Shown: positions 19,534 through 30,203 of the stretch, one piece after another
How positions within the stretch are numbered: position 1 is the first letter of the stretch
How the letters are laid out: the number at the start of each line of letters is the position of its first letter
From: Sulfurimonas sp.
Lineage (GTDB): Bacteria; Campylobacterota; Campylobacteria; Campylobacterales; Sulfurimonadaceae
DNA length: 64,000 bases
Reading direction: 5' to 3'
Assembly (NCBI GenBank): GCA_013791885.1
Contig: VMSZ01000010.1
Location: 5,869 to 69,868 of the forward strand
Made by a program: the position numbers and the translations under genes
The notes under the pieces: generated by a model
The model's database searches: none
What the model was told of the DNA's origin: nothing
What the model saw: the letters and a program-made list of their open reading frames with translations, nothing else

Positions 19534-21951
19534 ATGAAATTAAGTAATTATGGTGATTTTCCTGCTGATATTCCAGTTATAGCAGAAGATGAACTTTTTT
19601 TATACCCTTTTATGATTTCACCGCTTTTTTTAAGTGATGAAACCAACATTAGTGCGGCCGCAAAGGCCATTGAAGAAAATACTTTAGTTATTGTGTGCTC
19701 TACAAAACCTTCTCACGAGGGACAAAGAGATTATGACTCTTTATATGACGTAGGTGTTGTAGGCTCCATTATGAGAAAAGTAGCTTTGCCAGATGGAAGA
19801 ATAAAAGTTCTTTTTCAAGGTTTGGCACGAGCAAAAATGTTTCACAAAGTTTCAGACAAACCGCTTGTAGCACGTGTGGATGTTATAGAACCTATAAACG
19901 CAAGCTCTTTACGTATTGATGCAATTTTAGAAGTTGTGAGAGAGAAAGTAAGAGTGCTCTCAACTGTAAGTAACTATTTTCCTCCTGATCTGCTTAGAAC
20001 AATAGAAGAAAATCATGACAACAATCGTATTATTGATTTAATCTGCAGCACCGTAAAACTCAAAAAAGAGCAGGCGTATAAACTCTTTGTTGAGGTAGAT
20101 ACGGAAAAAAGATTTTTAGACCTCGTAGATTTTTTGATGGATGAGATAGAAGCGCATAAACTTCAAAAAGAGATACGCTCCAAAGTTCACTCACACATAG
20201 AAAAAGTGAATAAAGAGTATTTCTTAAAAGAGCAGCTTAAACAGATTCAAAAAGAATTAGGAACAGATACTTCAAAAGATGAAGAGATAGAAGAGTATAG
20301 AAAAAAACTTGAAGCAAAAAAATCGAAAATGAGTGAAGAGGCACATAAAGAGATTGCTAAACAAATAGAGCGTTTTTCCCGTATGCATCCAGATTCTTCG
20401 GATGCTTCTATGACACAGACTTATCTTGACTGGGTTTTAGAGATTCCCTTTGGAGATGAATCTAAAAAACCTTTGAAAATAGATGACGTAGAAACGCAGC
20501 TTGACAAAGACCATTTTTCTTTAGAAAAACCTAAGAAACGCATTGTTGAGTACTTTGCTGTAAAAGAGCTTTTAGAACTTCGCGGTATCAGCCAGAAAAA
20601 GAGCGCAGGGGCAATTCTTTGTTTTTCAGGACCTCCGGGTGTTGGTAAAACTTCTCTTGCAAATTCTATAGCAACTGCGCTTAAGCGTCCTCTTGTGCGT
20701 ATTGCTTTGGGCGGACTTGAAGATGTTAACGAGCTTAGAGGGCACAGAAGAACTTATGTAGGTGCAATGCCGGGACGTATTGTTCAAGGTTTGATTGATG
20801 CGAAAAAAATGAATGCTGTCATTGTTTTAGATGAGATAGACAAAGTTTCGCGTTCACAAAGAGGTGATCCGACTGCGGCACTTTTAGAGATTCTTGATCC
20901 TGAGCAAAATAGCGAATTTAGAGATTATTATTTGAACTTTAACATTGATCTTAGTAATGTCATCTTTATCGCAACAGCAAATGAAGTCGGCAAAATTCCT
21001 GCTCCGCTTCGTGACAGAATGGAGTTTATTACTGTTAGTTCTTACACGCCTCAAGAGAAGTATGAGATTGCAAAACGCTATCTTATTCCTCAAGAGTTGA
21101 AAAAACATGGGCTTAAACCATCTGAAGTAAGTATCTCTACTACGGCACTTAAAGAACTTATTCATAGTTTTACTCGTGAAGCAGGTGTACGTAATCTTCG
21201 CCGCCGGATTGCTGACATGAGCAGAAAAGCTGCTAAAGAGATACTTCAGCATCCTGAGTCTGGAAAAATTTCTGTAACACTCAAAAATCTTAAAAACTAT
21301 TTTGATAAAAGTGTTTTTGAAATTGAAAAAACAACAAAAGTACCGGTTGTTGGAGTTGTGAATGGTCTGGCTTGGACAGCGGTTGGCGGGGATGTGCTTA
21401 AAATAGAAAGTATTCGCATCAAAGGCAAAGGTAATTTACAACTAACAGGAAGCCTTGGCGATGTTATGAAAGAATCGGCAAGAATTGCTATGAGTGTTGT
21501 TAAGACGCTCATTGATACGAAAAAGCTCAAAATTGATGATAAAAATGTGCCGCTTACTTTTAAAGAAATAGAAGACAAGATGCCCATAGATCCGAGCGAA
21601 GTTTATAAACGCTATGACTTACATATTCACGTTCCAGATGGTGCAACGCCAAAAGACGGTCCAAGTGCAGGTATTGCTATGGTGAGTGTTATCTCTTCTA
21701 TTTTAAGCGGCAAAAAAATACGTTCAGAAATTGCTATGACTGGTGAGGTTTCTTTGAGTGGGGATGTGCTCCCTATTGGCGGTTTAAAAGAGAAACTTAT
21801 TGCTGCGCATAAAGCTGGTATGACTAAAGTACTTATTCCTGCTAAAAATTATGAGAGAGATTTGGATGATATTCCTAAAGAGGTACAAGATTCCGTTGAG
21901 ATAATAGGTGTTACAAGAGTAGAAGAAGTACTAAAACAAATTCTTATTTAG
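19534..21951 (+). CDS. lon: ATP-dependent protease La
   Basis: GPPGVGKTS, RGHRRTYVGAMPG, PKDGPSAG, IGGLKEK. Confidence 0.98.
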   Translation: MKLSNYGDFPADIPVIAEDELFLYPFMISPLFLSDETNISAAAKAIEENTLVIVCSTKPSHEGQRDYDSLYDVGVVGSIMRKVALPDGRIKVLFQGLARAKMFHKVSDKPLVARVDVIEPINASSLRIDAILEVVREKVRVLSTVSNYFPPDLLRTIEENHDNNRIIDLICSTVKLKKEQAYKLFVEVDTEKRFLDLVDFLMDEIEAHKLQKEIRSKVHSHIEKVNKEYFLKEQLKQIQKELGTDTSKDEEIEEYRKKLEAKKSKMSEEAHKEIAKQIERFSRMHPDSSDASMTQTYLDWVLEIPFGDESKKPLKIDDVETQLDKDHFSLEKPKKRIVEYFAVKELLELRGISQKKSAGAILCFSGPPGVGKTSLANSIATALKRPLVRIALGGLEDVNELRGHRRTYVGAMPGRIVQGLIDAKKMNAVIVLDEIDKVSRSQRGDPTAALLEILDPEQNSEFRDYYLNFNIDLSNVIFIATANEVGKIPAPLRDRMEFITVSSYTPQEKYEIAKRYLIPQELKKHGLKPSEVSISTTALKELIHSFTREAGVRNLRRRIADMSRKAAKEILQHPESGKISVTLKNLKNYFDKSVFEIEKTTKVPVVGVVNGLAWTAVGGDVLKIESIRIKGKGNLQLTGSLGDVMKESARIAMSVVKTLIDTKKLKIDDKNVPLTFKEIEDKMPIDPSEVYKRYDLHIHVPDGATPKDGPSAGIAMVSVISSILSGKKIRSEIAMTGEVSLSGDVLPIGGLKEKLIAAHKAGMTKVLIPAKNYERDLDDIPKEVQDSVEIIGVTRVEEVLKQILI

Positions 21952-21971
21952 TAAATATGTAATCATTTTCG

Positions 21972-22088
21972 AGGTCTTTCGCATAAATGCGAAAGACCTT
22001 AGGGGAGCGTAAAGGACAAATTTGTCTTTGCCGCTAAAACGGGCTTTATTCTATGTCCTGAAATGGCATAGAACACACAAGCGCTTGT
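21972..22088. repeat. Array of four hairpins between convergent lon and the response regulator
   Basis: aggtctttcgcat/atgcgaaagacct (perfect 13 bp), agcg..gacaa/ttgtc..cgct, ttctatgtc/ggcatagaa, acaagcgcttgt. Confidence 0.55.
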
Positions 22089-22099
22089 TTTAGGGTATC

Positions 22100-22477
22100 T
22101 TATAGTATAACCGTAGCTATTTTTTTCATTAAATCATCATTTCTTATAGGCTTCATTAAAAACCCGTTTGCACCAAACTCTAAAGCATCACCTTTCTTTG
22201 TTTCATCAGTTGTAAGTACAATGATAGGAAGCTGGCGAAGATTGTCATCTGCGCGTACTACTTTAAGCATATCTATCCCGCCCATAATAGGCATAATGAT
22301 ATCAAGTAGAATGAGATCAATATCATCTCTTTTTTTCAGCTCTCCTATGGCATCAGAACCATTTTTAGCTTCAATAACCTCTTTTACATTACCACTTTTC
22401 ATCAACATCGATCTTAAAAGTTTCAAATTAATTAAATCATCATCAACTGCTAAAACCACTAGGTCTTTTTTTATCAT
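22100..22477 (-). CDS. Single-domain (CheY-like) response regulator
   Basis: VDDD, LLDIIMP (phospho-Asp), LTT, KP. Confidence 0.92.
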   Translation of the reverse strand: MIKKDLVVLAVDDDLINLKLLRSMLMKSGNVKEVIEAKNGSDAIGELKKRDDIDLILLDIIMPIMGGIDMLKVVRADDNLRQLPIIVLTTDETKKGDALEFGANGFLMKPIRNDDLMKKIATVIL

Positions 22478-22486
22478 TTTTTAGCC

Positions 22487-25400
22487 TTAAATAAATTTTT
22501 CAAACACGAGTCTTAACAGATCTTTGTTTACAATATTTTTGATGCTCTCGTGTACATAAAGAGCGTCATCAGAATTTTCGATTGACGAAGAGTCATTAAT
22601 AAGTACTAAATAACTGTCTAGATTTCTACTTTGATTAGCTTCTTTTACTCTATTAGAAAAAGCTTCTAAATCTAAACCATCACACTCTTTATCAAATAAA
22701 ATCAACTTGTAGCTGTCATCTTCTATCATTTTTTGCATTTCATCGACAGAATTTGCAATCTCAAAAGTATAACCAAGAGAAAGCAATACTTTAGTGTAAA
22801 GTTTTGCCTCAAAAGGTGTTTTTTTGGCGAGAAGAATGTCTGCTTTATAACTTGCAGGTTCTACAAGATTCTCTTCTGTTAATTCCAGTGGCTCATCTGT
22901 GAAAGCGTCTTCCATAGGAATTTCTTCTTCTGCAAGCACTTCTTCTGTGATTGTTTCAGGCTCAGCAGATATTATCTCTTTTTCTTTCGTTTGTTCTTCT
23001 GCCCGAGCAGTTTCAATAGCTTCTTGTGCGCTTTTTGGAATCTTTTTCTCTTGGATAATATAATCAAATAAGAAATGATTCAATAAAGTTACTATTTCTG
23101 CACGAACGAGAGGTTTAGTCGTATATTCATCAAGCCCAGCTTCTAGGAATCTCTCTCTATCGCCTTTAAGTGCATTTGCTGTAAGCGCTACTATCGGAAC
23201 ATGTGGCTGATTATATTCTGCTTCATACTCAAGTATTTCTTTTGTCGCTTCAACCCCATCAAGGAATGGCATTTGAATATCCATGAAAATCATGTCGAAG
23301 TTCCCATCTTTTCTTTTTTGAAAGGCTTCAAGACCATTCGAGGCAATAGAAACAGTAAGGCCTAAATCTTCAAGAGTTCTTTGAATCAATTTTTGATTGA
23401 TTATATTGTCTTCCGCAACTAAAACATTAGCATCGAATTTTGATGTTAAGGCATCAAAAGTTTTTTTAGAAGGTTTGTTGGCTCTTTTTTCGTTGAAATT
23501 ACCTTTGCTGTAATTTTCTAAAACAAGTTTAACTTTGGTAGAATTGAGAGGCTCATACAATGTTTTAAAGATATTTGCATGCAGAGATTCAATTTTTTTC
23601 ATAAAGTAAGATTTTGTTAGTAGGATAAGCTCTTGAGGCAATGCTCCATAGGCGACCAGGCTCTCTTCAGAAACATAATCGAAATCAACAAATACTAAGT
23701 CGTAACTGACTTGTCTCTGCAATGTTTCAATTTCACTAATATCTCTAAATGTTGTGTAGCTCACTCCAAAGAAATCTAAGTACTCACGAAGATATGTTTC
23801 TTGACGTTTTGTTTTATGTGAAGATTCCTGAACAAGAGCATTAATACTTGAATAAGAGCCTTTAATGCTTTCATTGAGTGTTTCTACCTCTTCAAAATCT
23901 ATTGTAAAGAAGAAAGTTGTTCCATCGCCAGGCTCACTATGAAGGTCTAAGTGACCACCCATAAGTTCTATAAATCTGCTTGAAATAGTAAGACCAAGAC
24001 CAGTTCCACCATACTTACGTGTAATTGACGTATCGGCTTGAGAGAAGGCTTCAAAAATTCTTGATTTTTGTTCACTGGTTACACCAATACCACTATCTTG
24101 AACTTCAAATCTTATTCTTGTTATTCCATCTTCCTCAGATGGAATTTTTCTTATATCTACATTGATTGAACCTGCGCTGCTTGTGAACTTGACAGCGTTT
24201 GAGAGAAGATTAATGATAACTTCTTTAATTTTTGTAGGGTCACCTTTAAGCGGCTGTTCAAGTGCAGGATCAACAAAACATCCAAGATCAATATGCTTTT
24301 CGCTTGCGCGAACAGCATATACTTCAACAGCACTGTTAAACTCTTCTACCGGGTTAAACGCAATGTTCTCAATTTCAATTTTGTTGCTTTCGATTTTTGA
24401 AAGGTCAAGAATATTATTGATAATTTCAAGAAGATTTTCTGAACTTTTTTCAATGATTTCAACAAACTCAGATTGCTCTTCTTTGAGCCCTGTATCTTTA
24501 AGAAGCTCGGTAAAACCAACAATCCCGTTTAGAGGTGTTCGAATCTCATGAGACATATTTGCAAGGAACATAGATTTTGCTTCACTTGCTTCTTGCGCAG
24601 AAATTTTATCCTCTCTGGTTTGTTTAATAATTCTCTCAAGGAGTGCATAGGCTTCAGCTGTTCCTTCAGATGTATGAAGGTTGATGTTTGATTTGTTTTC
24701 ATCATCATCAGTATCCTGTGCAACTTTTTGAAGTACGTTCTCAAGGTTTTTAATATTTCTTGCAATATCATTTGAGAGTAAAAAACCAAGTATGGCAAGA
24801 ATAACAGAAACAAGCCAGATAGTTAAAGTGATGGTCAAAAATTGAAGAGCATCAGTCTGGACTTTTATGGCTCTATTATCCATAGCGGAAAGAATTAAAT
24901 CTTCAGCTTTTGATAAAATATTTGTTTTCTCAGAGAGCATTGTAAACCAAATGCCCGAACTTGTTTCATATTCTCCTTCTTGCGAATCGGAAATAATCTG
25001 TGTTCTCTCAGTGTTGATGTCATCTAAAAGTTCAAGCGTGTCTTCACTTTTTATAATGGCATTAATTTCAGCAATCAAAGCTTTGTTTTGAAGTGTGTCA
25101 TAGTTTACTGTGTCGGCTTTGGCAATAAGTGAAATCCATGTATTGAATTCCCCTTCTTCAAGTGGTGTAGCCCGAGCGATAGTAAAAGAGACAAAGTCCC
25201 GCTCTGCAGCAGTAAATTCTTTGGCACGAACCATAGAAATATATGAAGAAGAAAGTTCATTAATTTCAGCATCCATTTGCTTACTAGTAATCTCTTCTAG
25301 TTGTTTAATTCCTTTTAACTGCGCTTTACCGTAAACTTTTTCGTAAACATCTGTAAAGTTTGTTTGCTGTGTGTCAACAAGTTGTCTTATTTTTTCAATC

Positions 25401-25786
25401 TCTTCAATCGATTGTGAAATTGATTTAATATTTGTACAGCTTAGACAATTGGAAACACCATTGGAATGGTCATGCAGAGCACTGTTTTCTTTTGTATGTG
25501 TTATATATTTTTTTTGTATCTCATCAACTATCTTTCTCTGTTTCATAAGTGACTTGAGAGTGTTCTCGGAAGAGTTTCCAAGATAGATAACTGTCATACC
25601 TCTTTCACGTGAGATATTCCCAACAAGTTCATTAAGGAGTCTGTTTTCAGAGAGTTTGTCTTTTAGAAGTTGTGCTGCCTTGTAATTTGCATATGAGTCG
25701 TATAAAAAATAACTCGTAATAGAAAATAAAAGTAAGATAGGGAAGAGACTGATAAGTCTTAGTCTGTTTTTTAGTCCTAATTGCAT
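22487..25786 (-). CDS. Hybrid sensor histidine kinase with NIT (nitrate/nitrite-sensing)-like periplasmic domain
   Basis: Two TM segments flanking ISRERGMT and RAKEFTAAER NIT-like motifs; SHEIRTPLNG H-box; GGTGLGL; intact REC (FMDIQMP) plus two degenerate RECs. Confidence 0.85.
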   Translation of the reverse strand: MQLGLKNRLRLISLFPILLLFSITSYFLYDSYANYKAAQLLKDKLSENRLLNELVGNISRERGMTVIYLGNSSENTLKSLMKQRKIVDEIQKKYITHTKENSALHDHSNGVSNCLSCTNIKSISQSIEEIEKIRQLVDTQQTNFTDVYEKVYGKAQLKGIKQLEEITSKQMDAEINELSSSYISMVRAKEFTAAERDFVSFTIARATPLEEGEFNTWISLIAKADTVNYDTLQNKALIAEINAIIKSEDTLELLDDINTERTQIISDSQEGEYETSSGIWFTMLSEKTNILSKAEDLILSAMDNRAIKVQTDALQFLTITLTIWLVSVILAILGFLLSNDIARNIKNLENVLQKVAQDTDDDENKSNINLHTSEGTAEAYALLERIIKQTREDKISAQEASEAKSMFLANMSHEIRTPLNGIVGFTELLKDTGLKEEQSEFVEIIEKSSENLLEIINNILDLSKIESNKIEIENIAFNPVEEFNSAVEVYAVRASEKHIDLGCFVDPALEQPLKGDPTKIKEVIINLLSNAVKFTSSAGSINVDIRKIPSEEDGITRIRFEVQDSGIGVTSEQKSRIFEAFSQADTSITRKYGGTGLGLTISSRFIELMGGHLDLHSEPGDGTTFFFTIDFEEVETLNESIKGSYSSINALVQESSHKTKRQETYLREYLDFFGVSYTTFRDISEIETLQRQVSYDLVFVDFDYVSEESLVAYGALPQELILLTKSYFMKKIESLHANIFKTLYEPLNSTKVKLVLENYSKGNFNEKRANKPSKKTFDALTSKFDANVLVAEDNIINQKLIQRTLEDLGLTVSIASNGLEAFQKRKDGNFDMIFMDIQMPFLDGVEATKEILEYEAEYNQPHVPIVALTANALKGDRERFLEAGLDEYTTKPLVRAEIVTLLNHFLFDYIIQEKKIPKSAQEAIETARAEEQTKEKEIISAEPETITEEVLAEEEIPMEDAFTDEPLELTEENLVEPASYKADILLAKKTPFEAKLYTKVLLSLGYTFEIANSVDEMQKMIEDDSYKLILFDKECDGLDLEAFSNRVKEANQSRNLDSYLVLINDSSSIENSDDALYVHESIKNIVNKDLLRLVFEKFI

Positions 25787-25789
25787 CTT

Positions 25790-27475
25790 TTAAGCCTCTT
25801 TATTTGAAATTTGCGACATTATCGCATCAATTTTATCTATAGAATCTAAAGCCACGTTTGAATCTGAACTTTTAATAATTGTGTCGAGCTCATGTGAGAG
25901 CTCCATAATCCTCATATTTTCACTCATACCTTTAAGTTTCATTGCTTTCACCTTCCATAAGTCTGAATTTTCATTGTTGATTGCATCCCTTATTTGTTTA
26001 CATTTAACTTGACTCTCATCTATGAAATCATCAAAAAGTTCATTAAATGATTCTATATCAATACCTATTTCATTTGCGATGATTTCTCGTTTATAGTTGA
26101 TTGTTACTTTTTCTTTCTCCTGCGTTTGAAGAAGTGCTACAGGCTGAATTTCTTTATCTTCATCTGTGTTGAGAAGTTCAAGTTTTTCTTCGTCATCAAA
26201 CGTATCTAGCATATCCGGCAGTTCATTAATCTCTGAAACTTCCAAAGATAAATCGTCAGCATCAACTGTATCAAAATCTATGTCTAATAAATTAGGAGAG
26301 AACTCTTCTATATTGTTTGGCTTAAAATCATCATCAGCAAGTTCAGGCATTTTAATAGTGTTTGGAACTTCATTGTCATCGACATTGATTTCTATAGGAA
26401 CATCGAAGTCATCATCTTTAAAGTCTACAACAAATTCATCTTCTTCGCTGCGTGCATTATTTACAGCTATGGTGTCAGCAGGTGTCTCACCTGAAAGTTT
26501 AGAGATAATTCTATAGAATTTATCGAGATTAGAGTGTATGATGGGAAAATCAGTCGCTGTATTAACTACAGTTAAAGCTTCAAGTGCATCTACAACCCTA
26601 AGATTTGCAGCAACACCTTTGAGTTTATGTGAAAGTATTTTTACATTAGAAATATCTAGTTCATGCAATGATGCATATAACTCATCTTTAAACTCTTGAG
26701 CCTGCGCAATAAAATCTTGTATAAACTCTTCAATTAAGTCAACTGGAAGTCCGAGCTCTTTTGACGCTACATTAGGATCAAAGACATAGTCATCGTGATG
26801 ATTTTTTTGATGTGTTTCTGTAGTGGTTTTAGGAACTTCTATGTGATGAGCTTTAGGTACTTCAACAGATTTAAGGGGCTCATGTTGCGGTTTTGGTGCA
26901 GGTATGTCTTCTTCAATTTCTATTTCTAGAGGAAAATCATCATAAAGATCTTCGATTACACTGTTGTATGTCTGTATCTCTTCAATCTCTGGTTCTATTT
27001 CCGTGAGTTCTTCTTTGATTGGTTCTTTGATTGGTTCTGCGTGGAGCGTTTCAAAATGGTTGAATGGAGCTGCAGGGGGAGTGTATGCAGGAGTCTGAGC
27101 CTGCTTATGTGCAATATCGATTGCAACGCTGCTGCTCTCACTATCGCTGAGTCTTCTAAGATTTTGAAGATTTACAATAAAAGCTTTCTCTGTCGGATTA
27201 TCGCTCAAATATATAGGAGTAATTTTTAGATTACATTTATAATTTATTGAATGCGCATGAATTATAACTTTTGGTGGTTCTGTTGAGTCTGCACAAGTAA
27301 TAAAATCTATCCAATGGACATGTTTGAAGTTATGAATATAACCCGGTGTTTTAACAAATAAATCTGAGAAATCTGAAACTTCAGCCTGCAAACTTATTAA
27401 GTCTTTAAAGCCTAAAGCTTGTAGATCAACTTCGTCAATACCTAAAAACTCTTTTTTATAGTTGTAAATTAACAT
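25790..27475 (-). CDS. HPt domain protein (one intact and one degenerate HPt, acidic linkers)
   Basis: LSHKLKGVAANL HPt motif; second copy KAMKLKGMSENM. Confidence 0.75.
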   Translation of the reverse strand: MLIYNYKKEFLGIDEVDLQALGFKDLISLQAEVSDFSDLFVKTPGYIHNFKHVHWIDFITCADSTEPPKVIIHAHSINYKCNLKITPIYLSDNPTEKAFIVNLQNLRRLSDSESSSVAIDIAHKQAQTPAYTPPAAPFNHFETLHAEPIKEPIKEELTEIEPEIEEIQTYNSVIEDLYDDFPLEIEIEEDIPAPKPQHEPLKSVEVPKAHHIEVPKTTTETHQKNHHDDYVFDPNVASKELGLPVDLIEEFIQDFIAQAQEFKDELYASLHELDISNVKILSHKLKGVAANLRVVDALEALTVVNTATDFPIIHSNLDKFYRIISKLSGETPADTIAVNNARSEEDEFVVDFKDDDFDVPIEINVDDNEVPNTIKMPELADDDFKPNNIEEFSPNLLDIDFDTVDADDLSLEVSEINELPDMLDTFDDEEKLELLNTDEDKEIQPVALLQTQEKEKVTINYKREIIANEIGIDIESFNELFDDFIDESQVKCKQIRDAINNENSDLWKVKAMKLKGMSENMRIMELSHELDTIIKSSDSNVALDSIDKIDAIMSQISNKEA

Positions 27476-27897
27476 TAATTAGCCTCATTTTCAGAGTTGA
27501 GCATTTTTGTATACAATTCATCACTCTCTTGAATATTTTTTCTTGAAGCAGGTTTTCTTGCAGCTATGTAACCAATAAGCTTTCCCTCTTCATCTTTTAT
27601 GGGTAAAATTTCAGTTTCTACCCAGTAGTATAAGCCGTCTTTCCTAAGGTTCTTTACAAGCCCGTTCCAAGCCTGCCCGCCTTGGATTGTAGACCACATC
27701 TTTTCAAAAGCAGCTTTTGGCATGTCTGGATGCCTGATAATATTATGTGGTTTACCGAGAAGTTCTTGCGCACTATAGCCAGAAATTTGACAAAACATTT
27801 TATTTGCATAAGTAATAACACCATGCAAATCCGTCTGGCTAATAATGACATTGCCATCAAACATATACTCTTCATTAATAGGTACTACTTTATCCAT
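27475..27897 (-). CDS. Stand-alone Aer/CetB-type PAS domain protein
   Basis: TDLHGVITYAN, PHNIIRHPDMP, WNGLVKNLRKDG.YYWV. Confidence 0.88.
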   Translation of the reverse strand: MDKVVPINEEYMFDGNVIISQTDLHGVITYANKMFCQISGYSAQELLGKPHNIIRHPDMPKAAFEKMWSTIQGGQAWNGLVKNLRKDGLYYWVETEILPIKDEEGKLIGYIAARKPASRKNIQESDELYTKMLNSENEAN

Positions 27898-27967
27898 AAA
27901 AAACCCTTATACTTTACTACTAAACTAGAATTCTCACAAATATAACATAAAGCTTTAAAAATAAAAC

Positions 27968-29770
27968 TTATTTGTAAAATTTTTTAATCACATTTGCATC
28001 TTTTGCATTTAAAACAGAACTTAAATCATCTAGAGTTGCTTTTTTTACGCATTCAAAAGTTCCAAAATGGCTGAGAAGTTTTTTTATTTTTGCCATTGAA
28101 ATACCATGCAAGGATAAAAGTTGACTCTCCTGATCAAGTTTGAGTTTCGTTTTTTTATGAAACGCAATGGCACTTCTGTGTGCTTCATCTCGGAGTTTTT
28201 GAACCCATTGAAGTCGTTTGTCGCTGTTTTTTAATTTAAACAGATTCTCTCTTGTATGTAAGATGTCGTTTGCCTTTCCTTTAGCCCGATGTGCTTTAGC
28301 ATCTACTTTTTCTTTGGCAATACCGATAAGATCTACAAAAACTCCATAAGAGCTTAAAATATCGTCTGCTAGCTTCAGAAGAGTTGCGCCTCCGTCAACT
28401 ATCCATAAGTCAGGCGGCGGATTTTTTGAAAAACTTTCAACTCTTCTGGTAAGCATTTCTCGCATCTGCCCATATTCATCTTTGGCTTGGAGGTGATATA
28501 TTCGGTAGCTTTTTTTGTCAAACGCAGCGTTTTCATAAACAACCATTGCCCCGACTGTAGCAACTCCCGACATATGGGAATTATCAAAAACTTCAACTCT
28601 AGATGGTGTGCGTTGCAGGGAAAAAAGTTCTTTAATTTCTTCAAGATTATCTTCATTTTTTTTATTTTTATCTTGCTTGAGAAGTTCTTTTGCGTTTAGA
28701 AGAGCCAAATCTATTAACTGTTTTTTTTCACCGCGTAGAGGTACTTTTATACTTGCGTTTTTTTCGAAAAGCGTACTTAAATGTTCTTGAATGAGTTGCA
28801 AATCTTCAAATTTTTTACTCACAAGTATAGGCGCAACAATAGGCGGGCGTTCATGTGCATAAAAATCAAGCAGTGCTCTTTGGTAAAGTTCATCTTCGTC
28901 AAAGCCGTCGTTTATTTGAATGAAGTTGTGAGTAGATGAGATAATCTTTCCATGTCTCATAAACATTCTTACTACAACAGCTCTTTTGTCACTCATTTCA
29001 ATGGCAAAAATATCATAATTTTCAAGCGTTGCAAAGTCAATATCGCTGTTGATTTCACTTTTTTGGATTCTTTGGATTCTGTCACGAAGCTCTGCTGCTT
29101 CTTCAAAACGCATCTCCTCAGCATAGAAGTTCATTTTTTCACTGAGCAATTTGGTGAGCATTGTTTTATTTTCTATCAGTTCGCCGGCGAGCTTTAATTC
29201 TTTGTTATATCTTTCTCTGCTTATTGAAAGTTCACACGGGCCAAGACATTTATTGATTTGATAGTAAAGACAGAGTTTTTTCGAGGAGAGGCAACTTTTT
29301 TTTTGGACGAGTTTGCATACTTCATAAATGGAATCCAAAATATCCCTTGCACCGATGGAATATGGGCCATAGTAGCTAATATCATGAGCTTTGATGATTT
29401 TTCTTGTAATCTCAAATCGTGGAAATTTTTGTGAATTGTCTAAAAATATATAAGGATATGTTTTATCATCACGAAGTAAAATGTTGTATTTTGGGTTGAG
29501 TTGTTTAATAAGTGAATTTTCTAAAATAAGAGCATCGTGTTCACTGTTTACGACAATATAGTTTAAAGAGTGTGCTTGTGAGATCATTTTATGGATTCGG
29601 ACTCCAAGTTTAGAGCTTGGCTGAAGCGAAGGAGTAAAGCTGAAGTAACTTCTGACTCTTTTTGAAAGATTTTTTGCTTTTCCTATATAGAGGAGATTGT
29701 TGTTCTCGTCAAAATATTGGTAAACGCCGGCAGACTGGGGAAGTTGCTGGATGCTATTGAGGAGTTTCAT
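27968..29770 (-). CDS. uvrC: Excinuclease ABC subunit C
   Basis: [17 protein letters not shown] domain, [28 protein letters not shown]. Confidence 0.97.
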   Translation of the reverse strand: MKLLNSIQQLPQSAGVYQYFDENNNLLYIGKAKNLSKRVRSYFSFTPSLQPSSKLGVRIHKMISQAHSLNYIVVNSEHDALILENSLIKQLNPKYNILLRDDKTYPYIFLDNSQKFPRFEITRKIIKAHDISYYGPYSIGARDILDSIYEVCKLVQKKSCLSSKKLCLYYQINKCLGPCELSISRERYNKELKLAGELIENKTMLTKLLSEKMNFYAEEMRFEEAAELRDRIQRIQKSEINSDIDFATLENYDIFAIEMSDKRAVVVRMFMRHGKIISSTHNFIQINDGFDEDELYQRALLDFYAHERPPIVAPILVSKKFEDLQLIQEHLSTLFEKNASIKVPLRGEKKQLIDLALLNAKELLKQDKNKKNEDNLEEIKELFSLQRTPSRVEVFDNSHMSGVATVGAMVVYENAAFDKKSYRIYHLQAKDEYGQMREMLTRRVESFSKNPPPDLWIVDGGATLLKLADDILSSYGVFVDLIGIAKEKVDAKAHRAKGKANDILHTRENLFKLKNSDKRLQWVQKLRDEAHRSAIAFHKKTKLKLDQESQLLSLHGISMAKIKKLLSHFGTFECVKKATLDDLSSVLNAKDANVIKKFYK

Positions 29771-30203
29771 TTTTCTCTTTTATAATCTGCTGAATAGTTC
29801 TAACGAGGGAATTTAAGCGGCTGTCCTTTATTTCTATTGAAAAGTTCCCGCTTGATCGTTCCTGATACTTTTGAACCTTCTGCGGAGGCGCTTGGACATC
29901 CTGAGTGGGTGTATGTGTAACAAATGCCTTTATATCTTTAATTGCAAGCTCTTCACACTCTTTTGGCGCATATAAATTTAAAGCCTTTTTAATATTTTGT
30001 ATACTATTATCGAATTCTTGTTTACCGGCATTGTGGTTTAAAACAAAAAATAGGGTGTCATTTTTTATATAAGAGAATTTTACAAATCTTTGAAATGTCG
30101 GCATAAACATTGATTCTATTTTTTTTATACATTTATATTTATTTAGTTTTGAGAATTGAGGTTTATTTTGAATAGAGTTAAGTATTTGCGCAGCATTTTT
30201 CAT
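29754..30203 (-). CDS. Conserved protein upstream of uvrC, possibly DUF721/DciA-like
   Basis: [16 protein letters not shown] resembles the DUF721 core; coupled to uvrC. Confidence 0.5.
   Translation of the reverse strand: MKNAAQILNSIQNKPQFSKLNKYKCIKKIESMFMPTFQRFVKFSYIKNDTLFFVLNHNAGKQEFDNSIQNIKKALNLYAPKECEELAIKDIKAFVTHTPTQDVQAPPQKVQKYQERSSGNFSIEIKDSRLNSLVRTIQQIIKEKNETPQ

Noticed and set aside
27011..27038. 12-bp tandem duplication (EPIKEPIK) in the HPt protein linker
   Set aside because: Only two in-frame copies in a low-complexity linker; not an array or a contingency locus
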